Shown here: piece after piece, positions 1 to 13,687 of the stretch
Position numbering within the stretch: position 1 is the first letter of the stretch
Layout of the letters: each line of letters begins with the position of its first letter
NCBI GenBank assembly: GCA_012295275.1
Contig: CM022670.1
Location: 40,672,001-40,736,000, forward strand
Reading direction: 5' to 3'
Source: Chrysomallon squamiferum
Taxonomy: Eukaryota; Animalia; Mollusca
DNA length: 64,000 nucleotides
The notes under the pieces: generated by a model
What the model was told of the DNA's origin: nothing
What the model saw: only the letters and a program-made list of their open reading frames with translations
Database searches by the model: none
Made by a program: the position numbers and the translations under genes

Positions 1-168
1 CATGTTATTTCTTATAATATGGTTCACTTATTTTTATATATTTAAAAAAACAAAAAAACACTACTAAATAAATAAATTCATCAATTTTCGTTATTTTCTT
101 GTTTTTGGATGTTTGTTTTAATTTAATTTATTAGTAAAAAAAAAAAACATTTTTTTATTTGACTTCAG

Positions 169-2583
169 GTGGCTAGTTCAAGCTGTACATGGAAAGTATT
201 TTTCTAAAAAAAAGTGGGAAGAATTTCTTCGCAGTCGACCTGTCCCAGGAGGTGGGGTTGCATTTCAGGAAATTGAAGTGATGTTGTGCGACGTTCCTGA
301 TAAAATGATGCTGCAGCATGAGAAAATGGATGAGGAGAAAGAAAAAGAAGGTAAAAATTACTTAGAAATTTGTAAAAAAAAAAAAAAAAAAATAATAATA
401 ATAATAGTGATAATAATGATTTGTTGGATTAAGAATTAAATATTTCAGATTTACTTTATTTTATATATTTTTCATTTTTTTCAAATATATTTTAAATATA
501 TGTTTTGCCTGAAAAAAAAAAAAAAAAATGGTGGAATTATATATTTTTATATAATAATTTTATATTTAACCAATTCATATACCTTTGTCTTTGAAATAAT
601 TTACCATCATTTCCAAATATCAGTAAAATACTTTAAATTAGTAATATATGTTTATAAAACATTAATTACAAGTGAATGCACAATATTTAAATTTTTTGTT
701 TGTTTATAGAACGATTGAAAAAACAAAAACAATTGGAGGAAGCAGCTGAACAGGAAAGGGAAAGATTAAGACAAGAACGAGAAGATGATAAAAAAAGGAG
801 GGAACAGGTATTTGTCTTTGTGTTATATCTGCACATCCTGGGGGATACATGTACACACACGTGAATTAAGGCTTAAAGCAGTGCAAGGTAGAACATTTTA
901 TATTTCAGAGTAGATAAAGTAAACAAGTTTAACAGATAGTAAGTGATAATACAATGAACCCTACATGCAGAAATACTGTTTGTTCAGATTTATCTCTTCT
1001 CATTGCCATGGAAACCAATATAAACAGCCAGAATATTAGGTTTTTCGGAACTGATTTTTCAGCTTCAACTTACGTCACAGAGGAACAGTTTTTGGCAGAA
1101 GTGTATATTTTTTTCCTGTTGACAGTGCTATAGAGAGATTTGTTTGCTCATGCTAATTAATTTGGTATGTGAGTTTCAGCTAAATTCTTGTTACAGTACA
1201 TGTAAATGCAGTTGGTGATTTAAGAATATGACTGTTTTTGTTTTGTATTGAGTGAAAGTCTTGTATTTGAAATAATCATGTTTTTGTTATTTATTTATTT
1301 TTGTAGGAGAAGAAGAGAAATGATGAAGAGAGAAAAAGAAAAGAGCTGGAAGAAGAAGGTAAGATGTTGGATTCATAAATATTTTTTAAAACTTTAAATT
1401 ACATTTAGTTCACAAAAGCTCTAAAAAATATGTATTACATAATTTTTTAATATTGGTCTTATTTATTTAATTAAAAATGGTTTATTTAAAAAAAATATAT
1501 ATAAAACTTAAGGATGAATTAATAAAATTAAAAATGGATTCTGCAGATGGTATGGCTCTATAATAGTTTGCAGAGAATGTTTTAATTTTTTTTTTGCGTT
1601 CTGTTCAATAATTCAAGATCCAGATCTGATAACTGGCATTCATAATAATGTTAATGCAGTGAAATAAAACCAGATTTATGATTTGATAATTTGTAACAGA
1701 TAAAAAAAAAAAAAAAAAAAAAAATATAAAATGAATGTCAAATTTTAGTCACATGAATATAAATATTTTAATAATATTTGTTTTAATTTTCTTTCAATAA
1801 TAGTATTTTTCACTAACAAATAAGAATCATGTAACAGAAATGATTGAATGTCACTAAATTATTTATTTTTGTATATTTAAAAAAAATATATATTTTACAT
1901 GAAATAACCAACATTGTATATATCTGCACAGAGAGAAAAAGAAAAGAAGAAGAAGAAAGACAAAGAAAAGAAGAAGAGGAGGTATTTGTTTACTAAACTG
2001 ATTTTTTATGATACAGTTTAATTGTAAAGACCAGCAGCTTTACACATTTTTAATAACCATTCAGCTTTTTGAAGTGAACTAATAAGATAATTTATTAAAA
2101 AGTGCAGAAAGTTAAAACTGTTGTGAATCTTTATTATTTCATTAATCGACACATGATGATCAGAACTTGACTCAAAATTTGTTAGGAAGGCACACTCCAT
2201 TTATAAACCATCATCTTGTTTTTAAATATCTGTTCTTATAGATGTACTGAATAATTTTAAAGCATGACATAATCTTTGCTATTGCTTTTTTTAAATACAA
2301 TTTTAGTGGTGTTTAAAATTTTATTTTCTATTAATTTTTGTTTTTCTTTTAGTTGAAAATAGGTAAAAGAAATTTTAAAATGTCTGTCCATTATTTCATT
2401 TTTCTGCTGCTTTTTTTTTGAATTAAGGAAAATGAAAGGCTGAGAAAATTAAAAGAAGAAGAAGAAAGAAAAAGAAAAGAAGAGGAAGAAAAATACAAAG
2501 ATGTTGAAAAGATGAAACAGGTATAGCACATTTATTATTAATAGTATTATAATTTCTGTTATGGCTGTTGTTACTATTATTTG

Positions 2584-2658
<75 letters not shown>

Positions 2659-5546
2659 TTGCTATATTATTAATGTTTATATTTGTTAATACATATATAA
2701 TAGCTGTAATGGTTTATTAATTTAGTTTTAATTTGATCTCATTGTTGCCTGTGTTTAGGAAGCTGAAAGGAAGGAGAAAGAGGCTAATGAAGAGTTGCAA
2801 AGACTGAAAAAAAATAAACAAGAGGAGACAAATGACTACAGAAAACAAGAGATTGAAATGGAGGAATCAAAAGTCAAAAAGATATTGACAGGTAAAAAAT
2901 AATAATATATATTTTTTGTATTCTTTATTTATACTCAGAACTTTTAAAATAATCTGCTGATGTTGAAATTCATTTACAAGCCTTGTAATTTATTTTACAA
3001 TTCACATTTTAGAAAATTTTGAATAGCTAATTAATTAATCATAGAAAATCCAGTTGAGACTATTTTCACAATAATATAGTTTTCAAAAAGGTCTTTAGTT
3101 AATATTAAGCATTGCATTCCTATTTTATAAGATCATTTTCCACCTAACTTATTTCTTTCCCAACTCTTAATACTCTATTTATAATATAAATAACTTTAAA
3201 AGCATTTTTAATTTTTCAAATATTGTCCTAAAACTTACCTATACTTACATTTAAATTATACAAATAGTAATATTGCTATGTGCAACTTGTAATATTCTAA
3301 CAGCAGTGAAAATAATGTTGTTTAAAAGGTTTATTTTACTGTTATAATTTGCCAACAGAGCACAGAAAACAGAGAATTCGCTACCAGCTGAAGGTGGCTA
3401 TCAAGTCTCGAGATCGCTACTTGCTGGAATATTCCATCACTGAGTTCAAGAAAGAAAAGATTAGTGATGATGACATGGACTTGCAGAAAGCTGAACGACT
3501 GCTCAAGGAGTTCTCAGCCAGAGATGGTACGTTTGTTTTAATTAGTAATTTCAAAAATATTTTGTCTCAATATTTTATATTGTTTATTACTAGTCCTCAT
3601 TACTGTTCATTTTATATCGAAGAGAAAAGAAAAAATATTTTTTAAATCTGTAGTCAGTTTAATCATCCATAAATTAAGTTTAAAACCAGTTTAAACATTT
3701 TTAAAAGCATCAACATAAATATGTATGTGGATTCTTTTCTCATTTGGGAATACTTTGGATGTTGACATTTATGCACATGAAAATAAATGTGATCTTGGTT
3801 ACAATTATGTTGGAAGTATAATGACTAGAAGTATGATTACTAAAAATATTTCAGTGATTACACCATTCTTGGGCCTCAAATGTTTTAATATCTAAATTTG
3901 GCATCAAAATATGAATCTGTTATTTTAATGGCATAGCCAGGAAGCTTTTTTACAATTTATAATGTTAATTATGCATATTGAAATAATATTTTATTTTTAA
4001 ATGAATACAATAGTTTTGTTACTTCTTTTAAAAAATTATTATTATTATTTTATTATTTATTTTTATTTATTTATTTATTTTTATTTTTTTATTTTTTTTG
4101 ACTGTTTAAGACCATTGCTTGTAGAATTTAAACCAAAAAAAAATAAGAATGTCCATTTTTGTAAATATTTCAGACCTGAACAAGGCTATGACTAAGAGAG
4201 AGATTCACGAGCTAGAGAAGGCGCTGGCCTTCATTAAGAAGCATGGCTTTGAGGCACAGCTTGCCACCGAAGTGATTGAGGCTAATCAGATGCTGGGCAG
4301 ACTCAAACGTCTGGAGCGCATTCGTCACGAGATTCTGGAACTGAAACAGTCGACTGTGGCAGAGATTCGCAGCTACCAGAATCCTCCAGTCATAGTGCAC
4401 ACTGTGATGACTGTCACCTTCCTTTTGTTGGGTCACAAAGAGAAAGAGACAAAGGTGATGGAAGAACCTTTAATTTTTCTTCATTTTCTTTTGTCAAGAA
4501 TATGCTGATACCTGAAACATATGTTTCCTTTTATATGTGTGTATATATGTATGTATATGTGTATGTATATATATATATATATGTACATACACATATACAT
4601 ATACACAAAATGAAGTTGTATTTTTAATGACAGTTGACATTTACTTACTGTTGTACATAATAAATCTATTCATCCAGAGCAAAAATAAGTTCATGTTTAT
4701 TATTATTATTATTATTATTATTAAATAAGTTTGTGATAGGTTATTATTGTATCTTTTTTATCAAGAAATATATAACTATTTAGGAATGATTTTTTTTTTG
4801 TATAGTTTCTTATTTTTACTGTGTTTTTTTTTTTTATATTATTATTTATTTGTTCGAGTACATTTTGGATAGGTCCTCACTGACTAAATCTTCTTACTAT
4901 GATGTATTACTCATTCAGTTTGTTATTTCACTTCACTCAGGACTGGAAGGCTGTGCAGGCTCTGGTAGGTAAGACAGGAAAGGAGAGCCTCAAACGTCGC
5001 TGCATCCAGTGTGAAGCTGGGAAGATTCCTCTGTCTGTCGCAAAACATGCGAAAAACATGCTGGAGAAATACGACCTTGAGGAAGTGAGAGATGTGTCAG
5101 CAGGAGCAGCAACATTTTATGTCTGGGTAAGATTTCCTCTTCATCTGCTAGTAATACTACAGGTTGAGAATCTTTTATTTGAAATGCTTGGGACTGGAAG
5201 TGTTTCGGATTTCTGAATGTTTTACAATTTTAGAATTATAAGGAGATGTTCTGAGAATAGGATCTAAGACTAAATATGAATTTCAGTTATTTTTCATGTG
5301 TGGTTTATATAGATGGTCTGTAGGATTTTCTATGTAATATTTTAAATAATTTTGTGTTTAAATAAAGTTTGTGTATGCAAAACATTCTGAAAACTGTAAG
5401 ATACCAGTATTTCTGCTGCTCAGAAAAAATATCAGATTATGGAGCTTTTCGGATTTTGGAATTTCATATATGGATCCACAACTTTTATTATAAACATAGT
5501 GTAATATAACTGTTAGTACTGTATCTTAATAATAATAATAATAATA

Positions 5547-5577
<31 letters not shown>

Positions 5578-5843
5578 TTTTCTATAATTTTCGTCATTTT
5601 AATTGTTGGAAGAATTTTAAAGAACATAATAAAATTTAAAAAATTTATATAATGTCCTATAATTGTAATGAATATAAATACTTTTAATATGTAATATTTT
5701 TTTATTATTATTTATTATTTTCATTTTTATTATTTGTTTATTTATTATTATTATTATTATTATTACTATTAATTTTTTTTGTTTTTGTTTTCTGGCAGGC
5801 TATAACAATGACAGAAGAAGCCATAGACCTGCAAAATAAATAA
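169..5843 (+). CDS. 5'-truncated uncharacterised protein: ER/K charged helix, helical region, C-terminal dynein stalk/MTBD-like domain
   Basis: Ten phase-consistent GT-AG exons: 169-350, 710-807, 1307-1358, 1932-1981, 2428-2520, 2759-2891, 3359-3526, 4174-4454, 4941-5126, 5799-5843 (TAA), about 428 aa visible. Exons 2-6 are E/K/R-rich. C-terminus reads EIRSYQNPPVIVHTVMTVTFLLLG..DWKAVQALV..YDLEEVRDVSAGAATFYVWAITM. Start lies upstream of the window. Confidence 0.85.
2585..2654. repeat. (CA)n microsatellite
   Basis: Directly visible. Confidence 0.95.
5160..5485. mobile_element. Non-autonomous pogo/Tigger-type (Tigger4/Zombi-like) MITE in the last intron of gene 1
   Basis: TA at 5158-5159, then CAGGTTGAGAATCTTTTATTTGAAATGCTTGGGACTGGAAGTGTTTCGGATTTC. 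Degenerate inverted end GGATCCACAACTTT followed by TA (5486-5487). TCGGATTT motifs near both ends. Matches my recollection of the Tigger4b consensus along its length. Confidence 0.7.
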
Positions 5844-8228
5844 TCCTGTTGTGATTACTGATGTGGAAGTTGACTGACTTACTGCAAGAACTGACAAATT
5901 TGCACTTATTAAATATTGACTGTTGCATGGAACACAGCTGATGCCAGGTATTTTCAAAATAATAGACGTGCAGACCTTTATTGTGACTTTGATAGCAGAC
6001 ATTTCTGTGATTAATAAGATAAAAAATTTAGATTTTTACAAGCAGATTATTTTTACAACTACATGTATCTTGTAAAAGAAAACAGTGTTTTGCCAGTTAT
6101 ACTTTAGAACATATTAACATTTTTATATTTCTGTTTTATTCACAAATAAAATCTTAATTAAGTTTTTGAGGTTATTTGCAGATTACATAACTCAGAAATT
6201 AGTTTTAAAAATATACAAAATACCAGTATAAAAAAAAAATTATAATAAATAATATATAATATTTAAAAAAAATTAAAATCTTTTTAAATGTTAATAAAAA
6301 TACATTTCATTATTTATTTATTTTTTGGAGGGGAGGGGCCAGATAGTAATATATTCTATGGCAGTTTTCTCCACTCTCAAGTTTTATTGATATTTAAAAA
6401 AAAAAATTCATTTAACTGTTCCTTTATGCACCAATATTAATCCATATGGCATAAATATACCATGAAGTTTTATCTTTACTTATTTTTATAGAAAATTTTA
6501 TAATGATGTAAATAAAGTTTTCTTCATTGCATGAGACAAATATTTGGATTTTTGTGATAAAGTATTTAATCTGTGAAAATACATCTGTGATATATTGTTA
6601 TTGACATTTTTCATAAATATTTGTCAGGAGAACAGTGTTAAAAATTAATTGTTTTATTAATTTAAACTGCTGATTAATAGTATCCGTCCATATTTTCAGT
6701 TGTGTTATTTTTATAACTGGGCAGGTCCTCATGTGCAGGTCACATTTGATGTACAAAATTTCTTTAAATAAAATATTAAACAAAAACATTCTTCTATTTT
6801 TACTGTTATTATTTTAATTTTTTCTTGTTGTTGCTGTTGTTGTTATTGTTTTATTTAGCTAGAAAATTTTGATGCATCATTAATGGCTTTCCAAGAAGAT
6901 CTGATGAATGATATTTATAAACATTTTTGAGAATATTGAAAAGTTACATATATATTAATGTATTATGAAGTAAACTTGTGTTTAATTATTAAATGAATTT
7001 GTTGAAATTGTTTTAAAGAACCCGTATTAGTTTTGATATTTATGAATTAATAACTGCTTTGCTGCTTCAGTGATTTTGTAATAACATTTTTAATATTTAG
7101 TTGTTATAATCTAACAGAAAAAAAAATATAAAAAAATAAATGGGCTACATTAAAATAATAAATAAATAAATAAATAAATAAATTATATCTTATACCATAT
7201 GCAGGAATGTACATCATGGAATTAATCTTCAACAAATATAATTTTCCACATGACACCTGAAGATATTTCAATATTAATTGTGTGTGTGTGTGTGTGTGTG
7301 TGTGTAAGTATATATATAAATATATATCTTAAAAAAGAAATCTGCTGTCATTTTGTTAGCTAGGCAGCAAAAGATCATTTCTTTGAGTCTAAATATTGTA
7401 TTAGTATGTCATGACTCTTTGAATAATTCAAGGATTTGTTCAAGTAACAATGAATGCTTTATTTCTAATATACACCTTCTAATGAAGACAAGAAAGATAA
7501 TAAAGTAAAAATATTTTTGGTGATATAAGAACTTTTATTTATTATAAGTAAATTGCACCTGAAATAACATGACAATGCAGAACAAGCATGATACAGATGT
7601 GTAAAGAAAAGTCATTGCATTCTGTTTACTGATATGATAAACACTAGATATGGAAATAAAATATGGTCAATTGCATTGTAATTTTAAGGATACATCAAAC
7701 AATACTATCAATATTTAACAATGTGACTTTACACATATCATTCGTGTAGTACTAACATTTAATAGAGAATCTGGGGAATGTATTCCAAATGGGTTACTCC
7801 TTCCTAAAACCTAAAAAGTAAGAGTAAGCTATTCTCTCAGCATTAGAATATATTTCATGTTTTTAATGTTCTTGTCACAGTTCAATATTTTAATATTGTA
7901 AATGATCTATAGTATTATTTGTATATATCCTTGTTTGTTGCATTGATAGGCATGTTATTATGTTGCACATCATTAAATAATAAAAGTAAATGGATGAATA
8001 TAATATAACATAGAAAATAAACATAAAATAAGTGCTCCTAGAAAATATAACGAAATTATAGTTTTTCATGACTGTTTAAAATAATAATAATAATCATAAG
8101 AAGAATAACAATAATATAAATAATAAATAAATAATTAATTAATTAATTATCCTTTCCCATAATAAAATGGCAATAATTAATAAATAAATCAAATTAATTC
8201 AATTATCCTTTCAAATAAAATGTCAGAA

Positions 8229-8306
<78 letters not shown>

Positions 8307-8308
8307 AA
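8229..8308. repeat. (AAT)n microsatellite just downstream of the TGF-beta ligand stop codon
   Basis: Directly visible. Confidence 0.95.
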
Positions 8309-8370
8309 AAAAGATGAGAAAAGAAAAGACTAACTGATCTTGCTACTGAAAGTTTTTCAACTACAGAAGC

Positions 8371-11300
8371 TCACAAACATCCACATTCTTCAATAGCTAT
8401 GTTCGGTACGTGTGCACTTTTGATGACACCTTCGTTGTCCACGTACAGCATTGACAATGTTTTCAACACCACTGGTCCGCAGCATGGCTCCAGCGAGGAT
8501 CGCAGCGACTGATCTATAGCATCGTCACGCCAGCGTACACCCTGAATGAGCCGAGTGTGATTGTAGTACCCAGTCACAGCAACTGATAAAGAAAGAAACA
8601 AGTTATTTAAGATATTGCATATAAAAACCATGGTGAGGCAATTTATTGACAATGAGAGAGAAAAATCTGCTGTCAGATATTTTTATGTTTTCTCATTATA
8701 AAAGGAACATACAATTTAACTGTTCAGGCACTGGAAACAGGACAACCAGAGTAACGAGAACAATTGATATCCAGGTAATTGATACCATCATCCTAATACT
8801 GAATCTCAACCATCTCTTTGATTTATGGGGGGAAAAAATAGACTGGATTTCTCTTGTACATGATCCGTTAAGAATAATAGTTTTTATATTCATAAGGCTA
8901 TGCCTCTAACTAAACAGATTTTGACATCACTACTGGGTAAATACATAACTTGAATGTTCAGGAGAGCAGAAATATAATTTTCTCGTTCTTTATTGACATT
9001 GTGAGTATTATCATTAGACAGAAATAAAACCTGATAATTATGAAACAAAACCTATCTTTTGGAAACTTGTCAGTTTTGTGCTATCTGAAAAGGATCTAAA
9101 ACTGGTTCATATTTTAGGACAGCCAACAATATTATCTGAGTATTATCAAATTAAAATTAACTTTTCAGGTCAGAACATAATTACATTTTTTGAAATTGAA
9201 ACTAATTGTGATTTAGAATGTTTGAAAAGCCTTGTTAAAATTGAATCAGAAGGTTAATATTAATGTTTAGCCAGATTCTGTTCTAGTCTAAAAACAGATT
9301 CAAAATGACATTATTCTCTGGAGAAAAAAAATATAAATATCTATTTTGCATTTTTATTTTCTGTTGTATAAATTATAGTTTTTCCACACTTTAGATAACC
9401 AGTAGACAGATTGTCTAGAATGAACCATACACTCACCATTACATGAACCAGTACAGTAGTTGGCCCAAATTCCTCTTGGCTGTATAATTCTGTACATCTC
9501 TATGTCGTGGAAAGTGATGTAGAAATCCATTTTACAACACATATCTGTCCCCACACTGCAATCCAGCCCTCTCTTCAGACGTCTTCTAGAGACTGGCTGC
9601 ACCCGTACAACCAGCATTGGTCTGTAAATACCTTTAGTGCCGAAGATGTCCCTGTGTTTTGTCTGCATGCAGCTCTTGCATTTCACCTGCAGAGCACCAC
9701 TCCAGATTTCTGGCTGAGCAATCCACCGAGTAACTGTCTTCTCTATTGGAAAGGACACCCATCCCTCTTTGACGTCTGTCTCCAGTCTGGTCACCATGTT
9801 CAGTGGCCTCAGTTTTCGTCTGCCAGATTTTTCCAGCTCGGACACCAGAATTGTTTGCTGGCCATCATTGCCATCTCTGAATTTGTAGACTAAAAGTTCG
9901 GCTGTGGTGATTTTCCCTTCAATCTTGTTCTTGTAGTCGAATTTGTAACACCCAGTGGACTTGCGATGAGCACATGTGTGAGTGACTGAAACAGAAAAAA
10001 TTTGTTTTATCTGAGAAAAGTTTTGAAAGTTAATTTCTGCTACTTTTAAACCTAATGGCTGTTATTTAATATAGATCAAGTTGCTGTTAATTAATTCAGT
10101 TTATAAGAGAGAAGTGAAGGGAGGGAGAGAGAGAGAGAGAAAAAAGAACATGACATGATAAATAAAAGGTAGAGAGAAAAAAAGGAAAGATAGAAGAGGA
10201 AAGTAAAACTGGAAAGAAGATCGAAGAGAGAGAGAGAAGAAGTTAGATTAAATATGGATGGTCAAGTAAAGACACTAATTAGAAAGTTCTGTTTGGGAAA
10301 ATTTAAATAAAGTATCCTTGTTTTAAATCTCAACCACTGAACTAGAAAATCTCATGACAAAAAACAAATTTGAAGAAACTTGATTTAACTGGTCTGTTTA
10401 TTTTTTTTACCTGTTCAGAAAGGACTGAAAGGCCTATTTATACTGAGATTTATGGGTATTGATAGAAATGTAATTAGGTGCTGTATTCATAAGTTGTCAC
10501 GCTTTGGGATATGACTGATTTCGGTGTCAACATAACAAATGGTGAAAGCTGATGCAATCCAGTTTTACTGTATAGGTCCAGTCTAATAACAAAACTGTTT
10601 TCAGGCAAAGAGATCAAACTACTCCCACACACCTGATCAACATCAACCGCAGAATGTTTTTCAAGGACAAGATGGCTTACTTTTCATCAGAGGTAGTTTT
10701 TGAAACATAAATTTTATGTCAAGCACATTAACAACTATTTCATCAGACTAAATACTAAATGTAGTTATATATATATATATAAAAGCTTTGACTGACAGTT
10801 TGAATAATATACATATCTAACATACCCCAAAAACACACACTCACATACAACAGACACATCTAGGAGAGCACACATTACAACATAAAAAAAATATTCATGT
10901 ACTATTGCATGCATGTACATACATACATATATACATTATAATCCATATATTATATACATATACAAACATAAATAATGTATTTGCCACTGTTCTAAATAAC
11001 CAATACACATTAATGAGGTGAAACTCACTTGTAATAAATATTAACAAATTAAACAAATTACCAGATTAAACAAATATTAATCAGTCTAAGCTGGGTCAGT
11101 ATTTACATATGTAAGTTTACATACACTGACATGGTACCTTTCTGGATTCACATACAGCATATATGACACAAATCTCACACACACATGCATGAACATACAC
11201 ATGTCTCACATGCCTCATTATCTGTATGTCAGATAAAAACACAATTCAATAGAAATCTTTTCAGTTTAAATACAATTTCTAATACACACACACACACACA

Positions 11301-11464
11301 CATGTACATTTATTTTTCTTCAAAGTTACTTTTTTATTTGTTATTAGCAACCAATATTGGCAAATAATCAAGTTTAATAGTTAAGTAATGAGGCAATACG
11401 GATTGGTGATATTTCCTCTGTTATCTAGAGGTTTTTATGAACATATATGTAATAATAATAATAA

Positions 11465-11505
<41 letters not shown>

Positions 11506-12687
11506 ATAAAGAAGATTTTAAATTAATTTTATGACTTTATATTTATAAAGTGATAATAAAATGGATTTGTAAATACAATATATATTTCATTATTTGTAGA
11601 AGCATCAACTAATACTAAAAATAATAAAGTTTAAAAATAAAACAATAGTATAAACACAGACACACACACACAAACATACACACACACAAATAAACACACA
11701 ATTTTTTTAAACATTCAACAAATGAACAATAAAAAATTATAAATCAGTCAATAAATAAATTTACAAAACTGATAAAAGCATTTTATGAATGATAAATGAA
11801 ATGGTTATATTTAATTAAAGAAATGAATTAAGTATTTCAAACATACCATCATGTCCCAAGATAAAGATTTCTACAGTTTTGGCATAAAAATTATCATCTT
11901 CCTTTTCTGACTCATCATCTTGGAACAGCCTCTGAAGTAACTTCTTTGGAAGTTTTGCTGGAGTTTCTCGTAGTTTGGGTGCGTTCTCCAGTCTCAGTTT
12001 TTGTACCAGCTGTTGTTTCAGCGAGTTGCGACGATTTAACTGCAGCTGCATCATCGTCATCTTCATCTGTCGACATCTTGGACAGTCTTCCAGTTCGTCT
12101 TTGTCTTTTATGATTGGTCGATTTTTATTAACGTCTGCGACGATTGGTCGTTTGAAGTTTTTAATGTATTCAGTTTTACTTCTCGATTTTGCTTTCATTT
12201 TGTGCTTTTTGTCGTATTTTCTTCTATAAAATTCACTTTTAGCAAAGAATTTGTCTATCTTTTTATAAGGCCTGTTTAACTCCATTTCCGAAACTGGTAT
12301 CCTTCGTCTTGTATTACTGGAAGTCGATGAATATTTATTATTCGTCGTTGATATAATAGGCTTGCTGGTTGTAGTTGATTCTGTTAATGTTATTGGTACA
12401 TGTGTTCTAACCGTTTCCATTACATTTACCGAAGACGTTGTTAAAGTTGAATTCGTGGCCGACTTTCCTGTTTCATCAAGTGCCGTAGTCGTGTTTCTCT
12501 CATTAACGTTTTTACTCGTTTTCTTCACAGACGAACTGGCTGAAAAATATTTACTGGAATTATCCACTACTGTTTCTTCTTGCACTTTGGCAGTCTCTGG
12601 TTCTTTTGAAGATTTTACAGCGACTAGGTCTGTCGGCGAGGGCAGCACCAAACAGATAATCAGATATATTAAAACAAAGGTATGCAT
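8371..12687 (-). CDS. TGF-beta superfamily ligand, activin/inhibin-beta-like (9-Cys class) preproprotein
   Basis: Exons 12687-11847, 9985-9437, 8582-8371 (1602 nt, 533 aa). Signal peptide MHTFVLIYLIICLVLP, prodomain CPRC and LVQKLRLENAP motifs, furin site RRRLKR, mature domain with C, CC, CTGSC, CC and terminal CGC. Confidence 0.92.
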
Positions 12688-13207
12688 AGTAAACTTCGAT
12701 ATTTAGTCATATATCTGCTGAAGATATCCTTAGAAGTTCATTCAGTTATATCCACCTGGATCGCAGACGTCAAAAATCCAATTAACTGAAGACAGACTAG
12801 AACACAGACCACCGAGTGTTGACGATCTGATCTCGACCAATAGCGTCTCTCCGAAGTTTATTTGTGTTCCCTCATAGCTGCTCTGCATTCAGACTGCAGT
12901 CACAAACTAGCAAATTGCGTAGGGGACGAATTACATGCTCCACCCCGAACCTGTTGATGAATAAACTATATATATATATATTTTTTTAATAATATTATTA
13001 TTATTATTATTAGCGTGCCCTATTAAACTATGACTCATTTTAGCTTTTCTCAAACAGTCTACAATGCTTTAGTTATCTGAAAAAGGTAAATTACAGAGGC
13101 CTATCTTTAATTTAGAATGGGTGAAACTTAAGATATGTCTTTGAGTGGTTTGGCTATATAGTTAAGTAAGAATAATATTGCTTAATCGCCTGAGAATGTC
13201 TTTGTAT

Positions 13208-13208
<1 letters not shown>

Positions 13209-13260
<52 letters not shown>

Positions 13261-13279
13261 TGTGTGTGTGTATATATAT

Positions 13280-13331
<52 letters not shown>
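13209..13331. repeat. (CA)n/(TG)n/(AG)n compound microsatellite
   Basis: Directly visible. Confidence 0.95.
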
Positions 13332-13337
<6 letters not shown>

Positions 13338-13687
13338 ACAGTATACCTAAACGAATAAAGTTACCAGTTAATAAATATCAGTACAACCTCCCCTAACACC
13401 TCTCAGATCTACCCTTAAAAAAAAAGAAAAAGAAAAAAAGCTGGCACTCATTCATATAAAAGGATATAGGAAATGTAGCGGAAAATTATTGACAGGAAAT
13501 AATTATGCCGACCTTTGATTCTTCTGTCAACGTTGGGCTGTGACTGTATTGGTGTTTATTGCATATCTACACATACTATACGACATTATAGAACGACCAA
13601 GTGCTTGCTTGAATAGAAAAATTGTATGATAAAAATAAACAGTTAAATTGAGACAGTCTCTTCGCGAGCTGTGGAAATGTTAGGTAA

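Noticed and set aside
169-5843. Gene 1 as a dynein heavy chain or dynein pseudogene
   Set aside because: No AAA/Walker motifs in the visible part, intact splice sites and frame, and a clean stop right after the MTBD-like domain.
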